A stretch of 64,000 nucleotides of DNA from Podarcis filfolensis (lineage: Eukaryota). Of this stretch, positions 1 to 13,300 are shown one piece after another. The stretch is from assembly GCA_964270895.1 (NCBI GenBank), contig OZ185437.1. The stretch is one strand, 5' to 3'. The first letter of the stretch is position 1. Each line of letters starts with the position of its first letter. Under the pieces are notes generated by a model. That model was not told the origin of the DNA. It ran no database searches and saw only the letters and a program-made list of their open reading frames with translations. Both the position numbers and the translations under genes were made by a program.

Positions 1-708
1 ATCTCCCCACAATAATAAAGTTGCTACAGGCAGCAAATTTTCCATGTTTGCAAATGCATAACAGTATTTGTCATGACTAGCCATCCTCAGAGCCCTGAGG
101 TCTATCAGACAGGCTGCAACTGACAAATGCTGACAGATTTATATGGTGAGGAGCCTTTCAGTCTCAAGTTTCTGCAACTAATATTTAACTCTTATGGCAA
201 CCCAAAGTTCTTATCAGTAACAAAAACAGCAACAGCCCAAAGGAAAAGCTTATCTTAAACAGAACATCAGTTTAGAATGAAAGGCTGTGAACAGAGAATT
301 AGGAATTGAAAAAAAACAAGAGCTTGAAAATGATTCATGCAAGTAAACATTAGGTTCATTGGAATATGAAGTAATAACTTTTACTGATAAGCCACAGCAC
401 AAGACGTGCAAATGTATGTAATTGTAGCCTAATTACCCTTCTTTAACAAGACATGCTGATTTGGGGTGGGGCCATGACTGGGGAGAGAAGTGAGGAGGAG
501 GGGGTGCTTAACCTGTCATTTCTCTACTCCAAATGGAAGCTTCTCTTTCCCTTCCCCCAACCCTGCATGGAACAAAATGTGTGTTTTGCAATGGCAAACA
601 TAAACTTTTGGTCCATGCTGTTGAGGGGGAAAAATGGGGGACAGCTCAGCTTGGAGAAATGGCAAAATGGCAAAAGTATTATTAAATGAAAGAAGCATTG
701 ATTCCTAC

Positions 709-900
709 TGGCAAGATGGTCCTTTCTTCTTTCAGATACTGAAACTCCTGGAAGTTGAAGTCAAACTCATCATCATAGGCCAGAAGTTCCTGCTCGTCAC
801 CCTTGCGGAAATGACGCATCCTTATACCTCTACCAGCAAGGTGTGCATGGAGGAGCACTGCAAACACATTAATTCCACTTGGCCTCTCAGCATCCAGGGC
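709..900 (-). CDS. MOXD1: MOXD1 exon 8 (HxH CuM ligands); gene continues beyond window start
   Basis: ALDAERPSGINVFAVLLHAHLAGRGIRMRHFRKG...FDFNFQEFQYLKEERTILP; CAG acceptor, GTAGGA donor, 192 nt. Confidence 0.97.
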
Positions 901-2098
901 CTGAAAAGGACCAGTGAAACTTATCAGATTACCACAGAGGGTGAGAGGACATTCAGTATTAGAAGAGCACATAGACTGCATTGTAATATGCTTACAAAAG
1001 CCATTATCCCCTCACCACACACACACACACTGTAGACAGAATGTTAAAATAATTCCTGCACACATAAGAATTTATTCCTTTTCAAAATAATAATTTTAAG
1101 GCAGAGACAGTCCTACAAAAGGGAAAAAGAAAGAATCCTTTAAAAAACCTAACAGCAAAAACCATGGAAGCATGTGTAGATTTACAGAGCAGTAATTCAA
1201 GTTGTCAACTTAGTCACTGTCCTATGATGGCTGACCAGCAGAACAGACTTTTGAGCTGCTTTTGCTTTCCTTAAAACACTCAGACGTTTGCAAGGTGGGG
1301 AGGGAGAGTTTGGGAGCTAGAAAATTAAGCAAACTCAGTCTTTAATCACCTCAACTATTCCTGCTTTGTAAGTTCTCACATCCAATCTCCTCAACAGCCG
1401 TTCCAGACCAGTCTATTCCCTCCCTCCATGAGTTTCCAAACACAGTATTATTCAGTATTTTAAATAGCATTGTTCATTCATTGTTTTGCATATGTGCCAT
1501 TTATTCAAAGTGGAACTCTCTTCCCCAAGAAAACAGCAAAGCACTGTCAATATTTTGAACAAAATATATTTGCCCAGCTGCCAGAAAACTGGTAACAAAG
1601 CACTACAGAATGAAAGTCAGAGTTATTAACTGTAGGTCAGTTTTAAAGCACATTCTGTAAAGATCAGCAGGAAAAGAAAAATAAAGATCAAGTATTTCTT
1701 TCACTAATTCCTGTTCTATTTTCATTTGATTTCATTTAACAACTTGCATGCTGCTGTCAGGGATCCAAAGGAATGGTATATGTGCCCAGGAGTTAAATTG
1801 GATTCAGGAGTTTGACTTTTTGCTTCCTCATTACAACTGTTGAAGAGACAGGTCAATTTTAATTACAGTGCAAAGGGTTTTTCAGCAGAGAAAAATGAAG
1901 TTAAAAGGCTGAGCTACACGTGCAGTTCTGTCTCATGTGCACACAAACAATCTTTTGATCTGGGACCTACTGTACTGCAAATGTCTGTATAGTAATGACT
2001 ATCATACCCACTAGTTCCTTCAGAAGAAAGCAATTCAAATGTGCTATTTTCAGATAATGCAAAGAATCACAATGAATTGCGCAAGGCAGGAGACATAC

Positions 2099-2265
2099 TT
2101 CCTCTAGGCATTCCAAAGTGCAGTGACCCTCTGATGTGAATTCTGGCATGCCCGGTGGGATGTTGTGGAAGAGGCTGACCCAGAGACCTGCTTCAATAAC
2201 TCCAGCATCGTAGCTCCTTAAATCTGGGGTATAAAATAGCCTCAGCCCAGAGTTATCTATCATTC
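2099..2265 (-). CDS. MOXD1: MOXD1 exon 7
   Basis: (G)MIDNSGLRLFYTPDLRSYDAGVIEAGLWVSLFHNIPPGMPEFTSEGHCTLECLEE; CAG acceptor, GTATGT donor, 167 nt completes the split codon. Confidence 0.97.
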
Positions 2266-4854
2266 CTGAGAACAAAAGAGCAATTGTCAGAAGCAGCCAT
2301 AAATCAACATAAAGTATCCTATTGGTTTTTTTAAAGTCACTTTGGGACCCACTTGTCAAGTTTATGCAAGAAAGTAACACAAGGGAGAACTTGTGCTTAA
2401 GACCGGTCAAAGGGGGTCACAAAAACTGGGAAAGCTGTAAATAAGGTATTGTCACAAGAAAGTGGTTAATTAGAGCAGGCTGACTTCTGTACTTTTCTGA
2501 CCTGAACAAAAAAAAAATGTATGCATCTGTGTTCCTTGTAAGGCCTTTCCAAATAGCCACTCTAGCACAATAAACACATAGTTATCACTCCGTCGTTGTG
2601 GGGTATCATATAAGTGTCTCTCTCCACCACCCGCACCAAGGAAGCACATCTGAACTGACAAGCACTTAAGATGCAGTATACATCAAGGGGGTGGAGGAAT
2701 GGATCCTTCTGTAATGATCTGGAGTGCTGTCAGGGATATTTATTTGATAGTATTTGGTAAGACTGATCATGAGCAACTCTTTTCTGTCCCATGTTCTCTC
2801 CATTTTGTGATGTTTTTTAAATTTTATTTATTCCTTCTTATATACAACATATATATAACAGCACATATAATAGTGGTGGACAAAGGTAAGTCAGGATCTT
2901 GGGGTGATTTCTGGCAGATCAGCAAAACTTTCCCAATTGTTTAAAAATAGCAACACTAACATACTTTAAAAAAAAAAAAGATAGCTTGCCAAAACAAATA
3001 TTTTCTTTCCTGAGTGGAGGAATCAGGACTTGATTGGTATGTAAAAGGATTGTAAGAACAGTTCTGGTCCTAAAAAGAAATTATTTGGCTGAACATGTTT
3101 AATTTAATGATAATAATGTGCCAGTTAAGGCATCCTGGTCCTAAATTCTAAGCGTACAGAAGTTTGCCTGTGCCATCATTTTGATCTGAGTCTAGTTTGG
3201 GAATCTTAAAATTATGCTTAAATAAACGTAGATCCATCATGAGTGAAGTTTACCTTTTCCCTGATACATAGGTGAGGGGGTTTGTTTTCTGTTAAGCTAT
3301 TGTTTAATTTGCTGTACTCAGTAAAAGTTAGGGCTGGAACCCAGGTCCCACTTCTTTCAATATTAGCAGCCTTTGATTAACTATATCTATATAAAAAAGG
3401 GGGGGACTGTCCAATACAATTGTGATTTTAAAGGAATAACAAAATTAACAAATCAGCAACGCTAGGAGACAGAAGCAATCATTTTGTCTATGGTGAGCTG
3501 ATTTTAACAAATCTCTGCAGTGTTTTTCCACTTTCGTAATATGACAGGACAGACAGTAATGTGTAGTTGGCTATCAGCATCACTGCATGTCTTATCACAG
3601 TTTCTCTTATGAAATATCTTATCTTTACTGGTCCAGACAGCCCTTTCTCATTAATATGAATCTTTTAAAATCTAAGACTTTAACGTTTTTAAGTGGCTAA
3701 TTGTTGTTTGGATTTTTCTTGTCTTTTAACATGCTACAAGCTATTTTGAGTGGAGCTAATCTCTCACAGCCACTGTGCAAGAGAGTCAGCCAGACAGCCA
3801 GTCTAGGAGTAAATCCCAAGTCCCTCCCTCCTCAGTCAAGTAGTTCCTCGTAGTATCAAGATAGTATCTGCAAGGTCCTTGTTACCCTAGATAGGCGGGT
3901 CAAGTTGGAAGTGTGGAAAACCTAGTTGCACAACACACCCAGACATGTGAGGAAGCATTTGTTTTGGAAAGGAAAACTACTCAGCACATGCTCAGAGGCA
4001 GTCAGCCTATGTGCCAGAATTTCTGTAAATCAACATTTACAAAAACTGATGGAACTTGAAAAGCTTCCAAACTTGGCTATAAGTCACCTAGAGGCTGCCT
4101 TGTTTGGGTGACTGATGCAATAAATAAACAATTGTATTATTTTCCCCCCACAATATGTTGATAACTAAAACAGTACAGCTTCAAAATCTCATTCAAACGT
4201 TGATCTGTAAAAAGTCAAAATGACTTTGATGCCATGCAAAAATATTACCACCCATCACATCTTTAAGAGATTGAGAACTAAAAGATGTGCATGTTTCCCC
4301 AATTTTTTTGTGAAAAAGTTTATCCTTTGGAAATTCAGATTAAGTTGTGCAGTGCAAAAATTGTTACACTAGCTAGTTTAAATACCGTCAAGTGTCCCAT
4401 GTGTAGATACCTTCAGGCTTGAACTTATCAACATCTGTGCACAGATGACGCACCATGTGAATCAGATATATATGTATACCTGACTACGCTGTATTGCAGA
4501 ATTGACCACAATAGCTCTATTGACCATACGTAATAGCTCCAAAAAGAAGAGCTGCCATTTCACATAAATACTGTACCTGGAAGTACAGCATATACTTTGT
4601 ACTAAAGCATATGTCAACCTGTGCTTCCATGTACAGTATTTCAAACATTGCATTCTCCACATGAATATGAGCAAGAGCTAGGGCAAGCCCAGGATGTTCA
4701 CAAAGAAGATTATCATCAGCACTGACACTTTAAGAAAAAGTGGAATTTCATTCCCTGTTAGCTGTTTCATTTACTGGGATGAGCAGGCTAGGAAGCCTAT
4801 GCATTTGGCATATTTTACTAATTTAGAAAGTTTAAAAGTAGTTAAGAAACATAC

Positions 4855-4957
4855 CCTCCATATATGATGGGTTGTCGTAATGGACTTCCATAAGCACATA
4901 CTGAGGATCTGATGCTGTCCCGATAGATAAGCCAACATGAGGAGGATATGTAAAGCC
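4855..4957 (-). CDS. MOXD1: MOXD1 exon 6
   Basis: Manual translation GFTYPPHVGLSIGTASDPQYVLMEVHYDNPSYME(G); TAG acceptor, GTATGT donor, 103 nt. Confidence 0.96.
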
Positions 4958-5295
4958 CTAGAATTTGAAACATGCAAACACAATTAACCAGGTTCTACCA
5001 AAAGTTCTAATAATTTAGTTTGGAACGTATTTCAACCTCATATGTCAATTAGAGAAAATGGCAGATCCCTTAGGACTGACACTTACCAGAAATTGCTGAT
5101 ACTAAATATATCTATGTCTGCATGTAAACATGCAGTAATTTGGGGGTTTTGTGTACATTTTGTGTATATTTCGTATTTCTTTACTATACATACATTTGCT
5201 CCCATCATTCTACCAAAGGGGAAAACTGGTACTGATACTTGGACCTTGTTTACCTCCTTTCCTTATCTGTTGTTGGACAAAGTGTAATGAAGGTA

Positions 5296-5537
5296 CAATG
5301 GTACCTCAGGTTACATACGCTTCAGGTTACATATGCTTCAGGTTACAGACTCTGCTAACCCACAAATAGTGCTTCACGTTAAGAACTTTGCTTCAGGATG
5401 AGAACAGAAATTGTGCTCTGGCAGCGCGGCGGCAGCAGGAGGCCCCATTAGCTAAAGTGGTGCTTCAGGTTAAGAACAGTTTCAGGTTAAGTACGGACCT
5501 CCAGAACGAATTAAGTACTTAACCTGAGGTACCACTG
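5296..5537. mobile_element. Tc1/mariner (Tigger-like) MITE
   Basis: TIR caatggtacctcaggtt / aacctgaggtaccactg, flanked by TA on both sides. Confidence 0.85.
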
Positions 5538-6840
5538 TATATCACTATCAGACACTATAGGAACAAGCCTAGGATCAGTGTACTGTATTCCAAATTCATA
5601 GATTTATAGCCTGCCTCTCAATGCATACAAAGATTTCAATGCATTTTAAAGAACAATGTAATTTTAAATTTTTTTAAAAAACCAACAGCTAAAATTCTTC
5701 AAGCACATCACATTAATCAATTAAAAAATGCAGACTACGGTAAAAACACTTCTCAGTTTTCCTAAAAACACCAGCAATGATCAAGTCACATATATTCCAC
5801 TAAGGAGAGAGCTCCAATTGAGAAGGCCCTGTCCTTGCTCTCTGCTAATCTAACTACTTACTGGTAGACTAGAAAGGAGGACCTTAGAGCCTGATCCAAA
5901 TGTTCAGGCACCTTGAATTGAGCTGCCTAGAAAAGACTAGGCAGCCAATGTAACCAAAACACAATAAGTTTGATATGATCTGAACAGCTAGCTGCCCCAA
6001 GCCTATAAGCTTCTGCACCATATGCAGTTTCTGAACTATCTTCAAGGACAGCTCATGTACAGCATAATACAGTAATCTAGCCTGAGCATAACCAAAGTAT
6101 TTGTTGTTGAGAATAAGCGAGCTTTCTCTAGATAGGGGTGCAGCGTAAGATGGCAAAATGCCCCTCTGCCCACACAGATGTTACCTGTGCCTCCACAAAC
6201 TGCATACCTTGCTCTTCTGTGGAAGCACAACCCCATCTACACCCAGATGCAATTCTCCATCCAAATCAGCAGATTTCTCAGGCCATAGTTCTTCCCTCAT
6301 CTGCATTAAATTGCTTGACCTCATCCCACCCCAAACTGTTATTATTATTAGTAGTAGTGGTACTAGTAAAATTTGCATACTGCCCTATACCCTCAGATTT
6401 CCCAATTGGAATTTCCCAATATTGGATCATTTTTTTCTTAATCTAGGCTGAGTTTATACAGGTTTATACCACAGGAATCATATTATTCTGAGTAATGACA
6501 TATAATTTTAAAATTATTCATTGTTGTCTCTTGTTTACCTTGGAAAAATTCTCAAAATACAGAAATGTGCTCAACAGCTAGATTTAATGTTGATGGTATT
6601 TAACCATCTTGAGACCAAGTTCAATTTGTTCCATGTAGCAATTTTTGGCTCAACAAGACTCCGGCAGCTGGGCTTTAGATTTCATCATGTTCAATACAGG
6701 CAAGAATTTAAGAGAATGTATATCAGTCATGACTAATTTAAGTCCTACTGATTTCAATGGACTTCTGCTGCCAGAGTTCATTAGGTGAATTCTGCCCACA
6801 GTGTCTTAGCAAAATAAGTTGCAAAAACCATATATCTTAC

Positions 6841-7020
6841 CTCTCCTCCAATGGCCCAGGCAAAAATGACTGTTTCACAGGTGAGGAATGAATCCGGCAT
6901 GTTTGGATGATAGCACTCATGACCATAGTCCAGTACACTATCATTCAGACTGCTGCTACATTGATAGAGTAGAATGTGATGAACCAAATTTTCATGGCCC
7001 TTCTGTATCAATGGTTCAAC
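6841..7020 (-). CDS. MOXD1: MOXD1 exon 5 (copper monooxygenase N-domain, HH copper ligands)
   Basis: VEPLIQKGHENLVHHILLYQC...CETVIFAWAIGGE; CAG acceptor, GTAAGA donor, 180 nt. Confidence 0.97.
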
Positions 7021-7552
7021 CTGTTAATGTAATAAAAGTCAATGAATTTAATACTGTTTTATCTTAGCAAATGTTAACAGCATTTGAAGAAGCAGGTCCC
7101 AGTCAAAATAGCTACAATTACAATTATATATTAGTGATATAATGAAAACATTTAAATCATTTTGTGATGGGGCCAAACACAAATTACACATCTTTTAATG
7201 GTGTTATTCATTAAAAGGATGCACTGAACTTATGTTGGTGGAGCTACTATGAGATACTATGGTACAGATTATAGCTGGAAGGATTACGGCAGACATGTAA
7301 ATGTCCCTGGAAAACACATGGGGGGTTTTGTGCCCTGACTTGGTGTTTGGTTTGCAGATTATTAATGTGCCTTACACATTGGGAGGGATCATAACTCAAT
7401 GGTAGATTACACAGTTTGCATGAATTATTTTTCAGGTTCCATCCCTGTTTGTTAGCTAAGGCCAACCTATCTAACCAGAATGTTCTCTTCTCCCATCCTG
7501 AAGACATCCTGGGTATGCATGCTTCCATTCTGCAAGCATGGGAAAAGAATAA

Positions 7553-7617
7553 TAGAATCATAGAACTGTAGAGTTGGAAGGGCCCCTGAGGATCATCTAG
7601 TCCAACCCCTTGCAAAA
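7553..7617 (-). mobile_element. Tail fragment of tRNA(Ile)-like/CR1-tailed SINE
   Basis: aatcatagaactgtagagttggaaggg...ggatcatctagtccaacccc; similar tails at ~33045-33112 (-) and ~38795-38865 (+). Confidence 0.7.
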
Positions 7618-7728
7618 AATGAAGAGTGTCTGTGGATACATGTAAAATGGATGGCTGGGGAGTGTGATATGGCACAGCAAAGCATATACTTCTGAATAAT
7701 ATAATTATGTTATAATATGACATAACAG

Positions 7729-8094
7729 TCCCATGGACTGCAAGAAAATCAAATCCCATGGTCCCATGGACTGCAAGAAGATCAAATGTATCCATTCTTA
7801 AGGAAATCAGCCCTGAGTGCTCACTGGAAGGACAGATCGTGAAGCTGAGGCTCCAATACTTTGCCCACCTCATGAGAAGAGAAGACTCCCTGGAAAAGAC
7901 CCTGATGTTGGGAAAGATTGAGGGCACAAGGAGAGGGGGACGACAGAGGATGAGATGGTTGGACAGTGTCCTCGAAGCTACAAACATGAGTCTGACCAAA
8001 CTGCAGGAGGCAGTGGAAGACAGGAGTGCCTGGCGTGCTCTGGTCCATGGGGTCACGAAGAGTCGGACACGACTAAACGACTAAACAACAACAA
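7729..8094 (+). mobile_element. 5'-truncated RTE-BovB LINE, 3' end
   Basis: Encodes ILKEISPECSLEGQIVKLRLQYFAHLMRREDSLEKTLMLGKIEG (BovB RT C-terminus); tail gactaaacgactaaacaacaac; 12-bp TSD atgacataacag at 7717-7728 and 8095-8106. Confidence 0.9.
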
Positions 8095-8860
8095 ATGACA
8101 TAACAGCAACAAAATAGACTTATATGGATATGGTGAACAAGAGCAGGACCTTGATTCATAGTTAAACTGGGGAGGACTTTGCGTAAGGCCTCCTCGCTGC
8201 TTTATTCTGCCCTGTAGGAGCTATCATGGTACCGCAGAAGTGAAATAAAACTACAACCAGTTTTCACACACTGATCATTTCAAAGTAAGTACAGTAAAGA
8301 TGCAGGGTTGTATCTCAGATTGATGTAGTTTCCACCATCTTACATGCCCCCATGTAAAAAGGGCAGGTGCTCACACTATAACTAGTTTCTGAGCTATCAG
8401 AAAAGGGAAGAGTAGAAGCATAAATGAAAGCAGCAGTCACATTGCCCTAAAACCAACAGCAGTTTTTTAAACTGAATGCTACAGTGTAACAATGATGACA
8501 AAATCCACCCACTTTTGATACAAATAAAATAAGACGGGAACCAGCAAAAAGGCTCGGAGGATGTTCTATTGATCTCTGCTTGAAATAACGGAGTACTTGC
8601 CCAAACGTGTGATGCACCCACCTGCCTCTAAAGGGCACCGACACCTGCTGTTCTTCTACTCAGAACTTAAAGCAACAACAACAACAACCTCTCCTTCAAA
8701 GCAATGGGTCATCACCAAAGTTGGCAATCCTTTCACTGTCAGTTTCCTAAACATCAATTCAAACAAGTATTCTTTTGTTCAGTTCCCTTTCTACTGGAAA
8801 AGAGAATCTTCCAAAAGGTAAACAGTTAATGTATAACGCCCTTCTGCCATTGCCAGACAT

Positions 8861-9021
8861 NNNNNNNNNNNNNNNNNNNNNNNNNNNNNNNNNNNNNNNN
8901 NNNNNNNNNNNNNNNNNNNNNNNNNNNNNNNNNNNNNNNNNNNNNNNNNNNNNNNNNNNNNNNNNNNNNNNNNNNNNNNNNNNNNNNNNNNNNNNNNNNN
9001 NNNNNNNNNNNNNNNNNNNNN
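8861..9021. other. Assembly gap (161 N)
   Basis: Run of N in MOXD1 intron 4. Confidence 1.
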
Positions 9022-9916
9022 AGCCCATTAATTTGATAATAATTATATAAGGTGACAAATCACTGTCTTTACAGCTGGACAAGAGGCTGGAAATAACCCC
9101 TTAATTATCTGACTTGTGTAAAAATGCATGCAAATATATATTGTAAATATATTTTTCATTACCCATTAAAAGATATGGCAGTTACCAAAAAAATAAAATC
9201 CTTTCAAGCTTAAGATGACAAGGGTGAGAATTTCAGGACATAATAAAATGAGACTTTTATCTCACATGCATACATTTTCTTCTACAGAACCTTTTAAATA
9301 TCTGGTGGTTATATGTTGTGTTTTATGAAATGTACTGTAAGAGCTTTACAGGGCTATCATCCATGAGAAGTATCCAATTCTGACTGATACAGCACTTTTG
9401 TCTTTATATATTCAAAGTACACTCAAGAGCAGCACTGAAGCGGGTGAGGAGACAGAATGCAAGCAGCCCTTCTACATTTCTGTTATCTGTGTGGCTATTG
9501 CTATCACAGAGCTAGTATGTTGGGGAACTGCTTCCTCCCAATGCTTACTCCACAGGTGTGGTATCAAGAGTATCTCACTGATGCTCTTTGCACACAGACC
9601 CATTGCCATGTTGAGCACTTGAGCACTTCCAGTACATGTCAACACCTGCTGCAGAATATGAATGTGTCAAAGACCAATCGCTGTTACTGCACTTCTCCCA
9701 TGGAAAGAAAGAAGCATAATGAGCCCTGGGCCAGAAAAATATCAGCAGCAATTAAATGTGGCAATGACAAGTGGTTTGAGTGTACACGCTTGTGGATGTG
9801 TCTATAGGGAAGGCTTGAATATAACAAGAGAGGCATTTGTACCTATTTCAAGGACAGGCCAACTCAGTCTGTACTGAGGACTGAAAGAGCTAGACAGAGC
9901 TAAAGACAGGGAAGAA

Positions 9917-10237
9917 CAGGGTCGGATTTAGGTTTGATGAGGCCTTAACCTATTGGAGGTAATGGGGCCCTTTATATGTCCAGCTGTCCTTTGTCAACAA
10001 CAAATTGTAACTGTTTTTTTGTGTTGAATATATGCTATATGGTAATTTCTGGACCTAATAGGTATCTAAAGCCATTTGCCGCTGCTGCTGTATGGAGGTT
10101 TCATTTTATTTGTTGTTTATCTTATATTTTGGAAATGTACATCCAGGGTTTTTTTCCCCTTTAAATTTTTTTTGGGCCCACAAGAGAGTGGGGCCCAAAG
10201 CTGTAGCTTGTTTAGCTTATATGTAAATCTGGCACTA
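9917..10237. mobile_element. hAT-type MITE
   Basis: Ends cagggtcggattta / taaatctggcacta; 8-bp TSD gggaagaa / ggtaagaa (7/8). Confidence 0.7.
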
Positions 10238-10320
10238 GGTAAGAACATAATAAGAGCTTGCTGGATCAGGCCAATGGCCTATCTAGTCCAGCATCCTGTT
10301 CTCATAGCAGCCAAACAAAT
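10238..10320 (-). mobile_element. CR1-type 3' tail fragment
   Basis: taagaacataataagagcttgctggatcaggccaatggcctatctagtccagcatcc. Confidence 0.6.
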
Positions 10321-13300
10321 TCTTCCCTTTCCACCCCAGTGGAAATGCCATACTTTCCTTAGCTACCAAAGTAAAAGTAAGAGATGGTACAGGGGCAACT
10401 ATGGAGATTGCTTATACAGCTACTTCCTTCCACGACTCTTATATGCCCTACTAAAACTCAGGTACAGGCTTAGTCCACAATTCTGCCCACACAGCCTCAG
10501 GAACAAATCTATTTTGCCATTAGCTCTATTCTTTGCCTTTGCAGAGTCCACTGGGCTTTTCCCTCTACACATCCCAAGGTCCCCCCAGCCAGAGGAATAT
10601 TTGAAATCAAAAATTGCCATTTGACAACCCTAAGATCGTGACCCCCATCACCGAGAACAGAGGAGTCAGCTCCTTTTTGTCTCTTCATCTTCCTAGGCAC
10701 ATCTTGGGTTATTTATATTATGAGTGCACAGCCAGGGGCATGTGCATTTTATTTACTAGTGCCTAGTATAAAAATATTCTCTTGCATTTTATCTTAACCT
10801 TAAACAAGCTGGTCAAATATTATACACCTTGCTGCTGACATTTGTAAGAGCTGAAGTAATGCTAGGATTCTGTACTCTCTGAAATGCTTTGGAGTGTATG
10901 TTTGCCTTCTTAATAAGCATGTTTTCATTTTAACTAGAAATAGTTAAGACATCGAGTGTATTAACTTGTTTTTTCTAGTAGAAACCACCTAAATTCCTTG
11001 TACTTACAGTACCTTAGTATATGTGGTGTAGACAAGTTGACAAGAAAATCAATAACTGGAAGAAGGAAGAGGTTTAGAAGCTTTTATAAATCCTAATACT
11101 CCACTGTGAGTACTAGATTTCCAGACAGCCTGGTATATGAAGTGGCTTTGGTAATAACAGTAACAAATTATAACTGCAAACTACAAGAAAATGTCTTTTA
11201 AGTTGGAAGGAAAGTAAGACAGACAGACTCCTTAGGTTCTCCATAATTGAAAAAACATATGATGAAAACTAATCTAGGATTTCAAGGAGAAGAAATTGTG
11301 ATGAAACTCCCTAGTTTGTTCTTCTATTTACAAAATTATTCCTAACAGTTCTGTTCCAATAATTTTACAGTACAGTAAGCTCACATCTTACACACATTTA
11401 ACTTGGCCACATTCAGCTATATGCATGTGGCAATTTTATTTTTTTATTTTTTTAAAGGGCTGCAAAAAAGGTGGCTTCTGGGGGAAATGCCTTTGGCAAT
11501 CTCACCTGCCACTGAATCCAATGGTTTTTGACTATTTGAGATTTTGGCAATCCCTGGAACCTAACCCCCATGTAATTTGCAAGCTTAATGTATACTGTTT
11601 TGAGATTGGGAAGAAATAATGACATCATGGATATGTAGTTAGTTTTATTGTTAATTATATTTCACAAGTTTTGTGGACTAAGCAAAATAATAAGGATTTG
11701 GTAATCAATTAATTAGCATACTTTCATAGTTCACAATATCAATCTTGGGTGATAAACTAAATGGCTAAGCAATATAGCCAACTGCAGAGGGCTGTGCCCC
11801 TTTTGAGAGTAAATATACAGTATTTCTAAGCTGCAACGTATTTCCTATGTGTTGATTGATTTTATATATCATGAAATATTTGTGTTTGTATTTAGAACAA
11901 ATATTTTTTCCTCTGCAATTACCTGCAAGATTACACTTAGTCCCTTGCTTTCCCCAAAATACTTTTTTGCATTCTATACATTGCTAAAATTGCAAGATAA
12001 AAAAACAGCTGTCAAGTTCAAGTTCCATGAACAAGTTGGCAAGAAATACTGTAATGTCACTTATAACTCTGATCATAGGCAATGTTGTTTGTCTGCCTGA
12101 CATTCCCTGATGCTAGAGGCTTGATGCTAAGACCCTCAAACAGTTACTATCAAAATGCAATTAATATGAATTTAAAGGATTCAAAGAATGAAAAACACAT
12201 TTTTAAAAATATTCCTCCCTATAAGACATCTCAAAATTATGTGTGATACTAGTTCTGATTAGGTTCTTTTATGCATACTGCAGCCACACAAGATGAAGTC
12301 ATATCTGTATCAATGGGAAAGCATCTGGGTGGATGCTTAAGGCATGGGGGGGGGGCAAAATTATAGGAGCATCCATATGAAAACAGCAAAATATATTTCT
12401 TTGGGGACCAGGGGCCATTTTTTAAGATACTTGTGTGGGTGGGTGGGTGTAGCCAGTGGGGCTTCAGGTGCACATTTTCATCGTGATGTTTATGTGCTCC
12501 CCATTGGTAAAATTTGTCTTTTGATGCCCCCCATATTTAAAACCAATATAAAGCATAAGTATTAGTAGGGCTCTATGCCGCACACTGTTATAAATCAATA
12601 CAATTCTCAGAACAAAATAATGTATGTGCCACAACTATTTTGTCTTTCCATCTTCAAAGAGATTGTGAAATAACATGTCAGAGACTTTCCCAAAGGCACA
12701 TTTATGCAACATTTTACCAGAAATTGTTCCTTTTGGGTTGAAATAAACACTGCTTACTGGCAGTAAAGAGAAACAATGTTCTTTGTGGCTGGCCAGTTCA
12801 TCAAAATTACAGTCCTTTACATAACTGCAAAATGAGAAACAAGAAAACAGCCAGATGTCTAGTTATTTGTTTTGCATGACAAGCTTTCTAGGGAGAGATT
12901 TGGTTTGAACCGTTATTCAGCATTAGACAGATTCCAAAACTGGTTTAATCTCTCTCTCCCTCTTCCTCTCTCTATATATCCTACTGTCATATTATGTTTA
13001 ACTAATTAACCTTACAATCCAATGGTCCTTGGTGGGATTTCCCAGGGCTCACGGGAAGCATGAAATTTCCCTGTACAAGAATGGAGAAAGAGGTCTAGCC
13101 AGAGAGGAAGATCAGACATTGGATGCCTCTGCCACACTGAGGAAACCTCCTTGGCCCTGGCCCAACTCATGTCACTCTTCCAACATAGGTAGGGCTGAAA
13201 AGGAGCAGGCACAAAGGATAATAAACAAATAAATAAATCAGTGCTGGACTTAAGTATGTGTAGTAAGAATCTAAATCAACTGCAATTTCTAACTTCCAGA

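Noticed and set aside
1-700. MOXD1 exon 9 (GDNLITEC-like) near the window start
   Set aside because: No matching frame with an AG acceptor found; GGAGAT at positions 1-8 lacks a valid acceptor
7758-8084. 108-aa and 110-aa (41341-41673) ORFs as novel genes
   Set aside because: C-terminal fragments of BovB LINE ORF; the long antisense ORFs (7247-8056, 41345-41851) are their mirror frames
8759-9082. ORFs spanning X residues
   Set aside because: Artefacts of translating the N gap
10076-10624. 182-aa ORF in intron 4
   Set aside because: Reads through a MITE and a CR1-type tail; no homology
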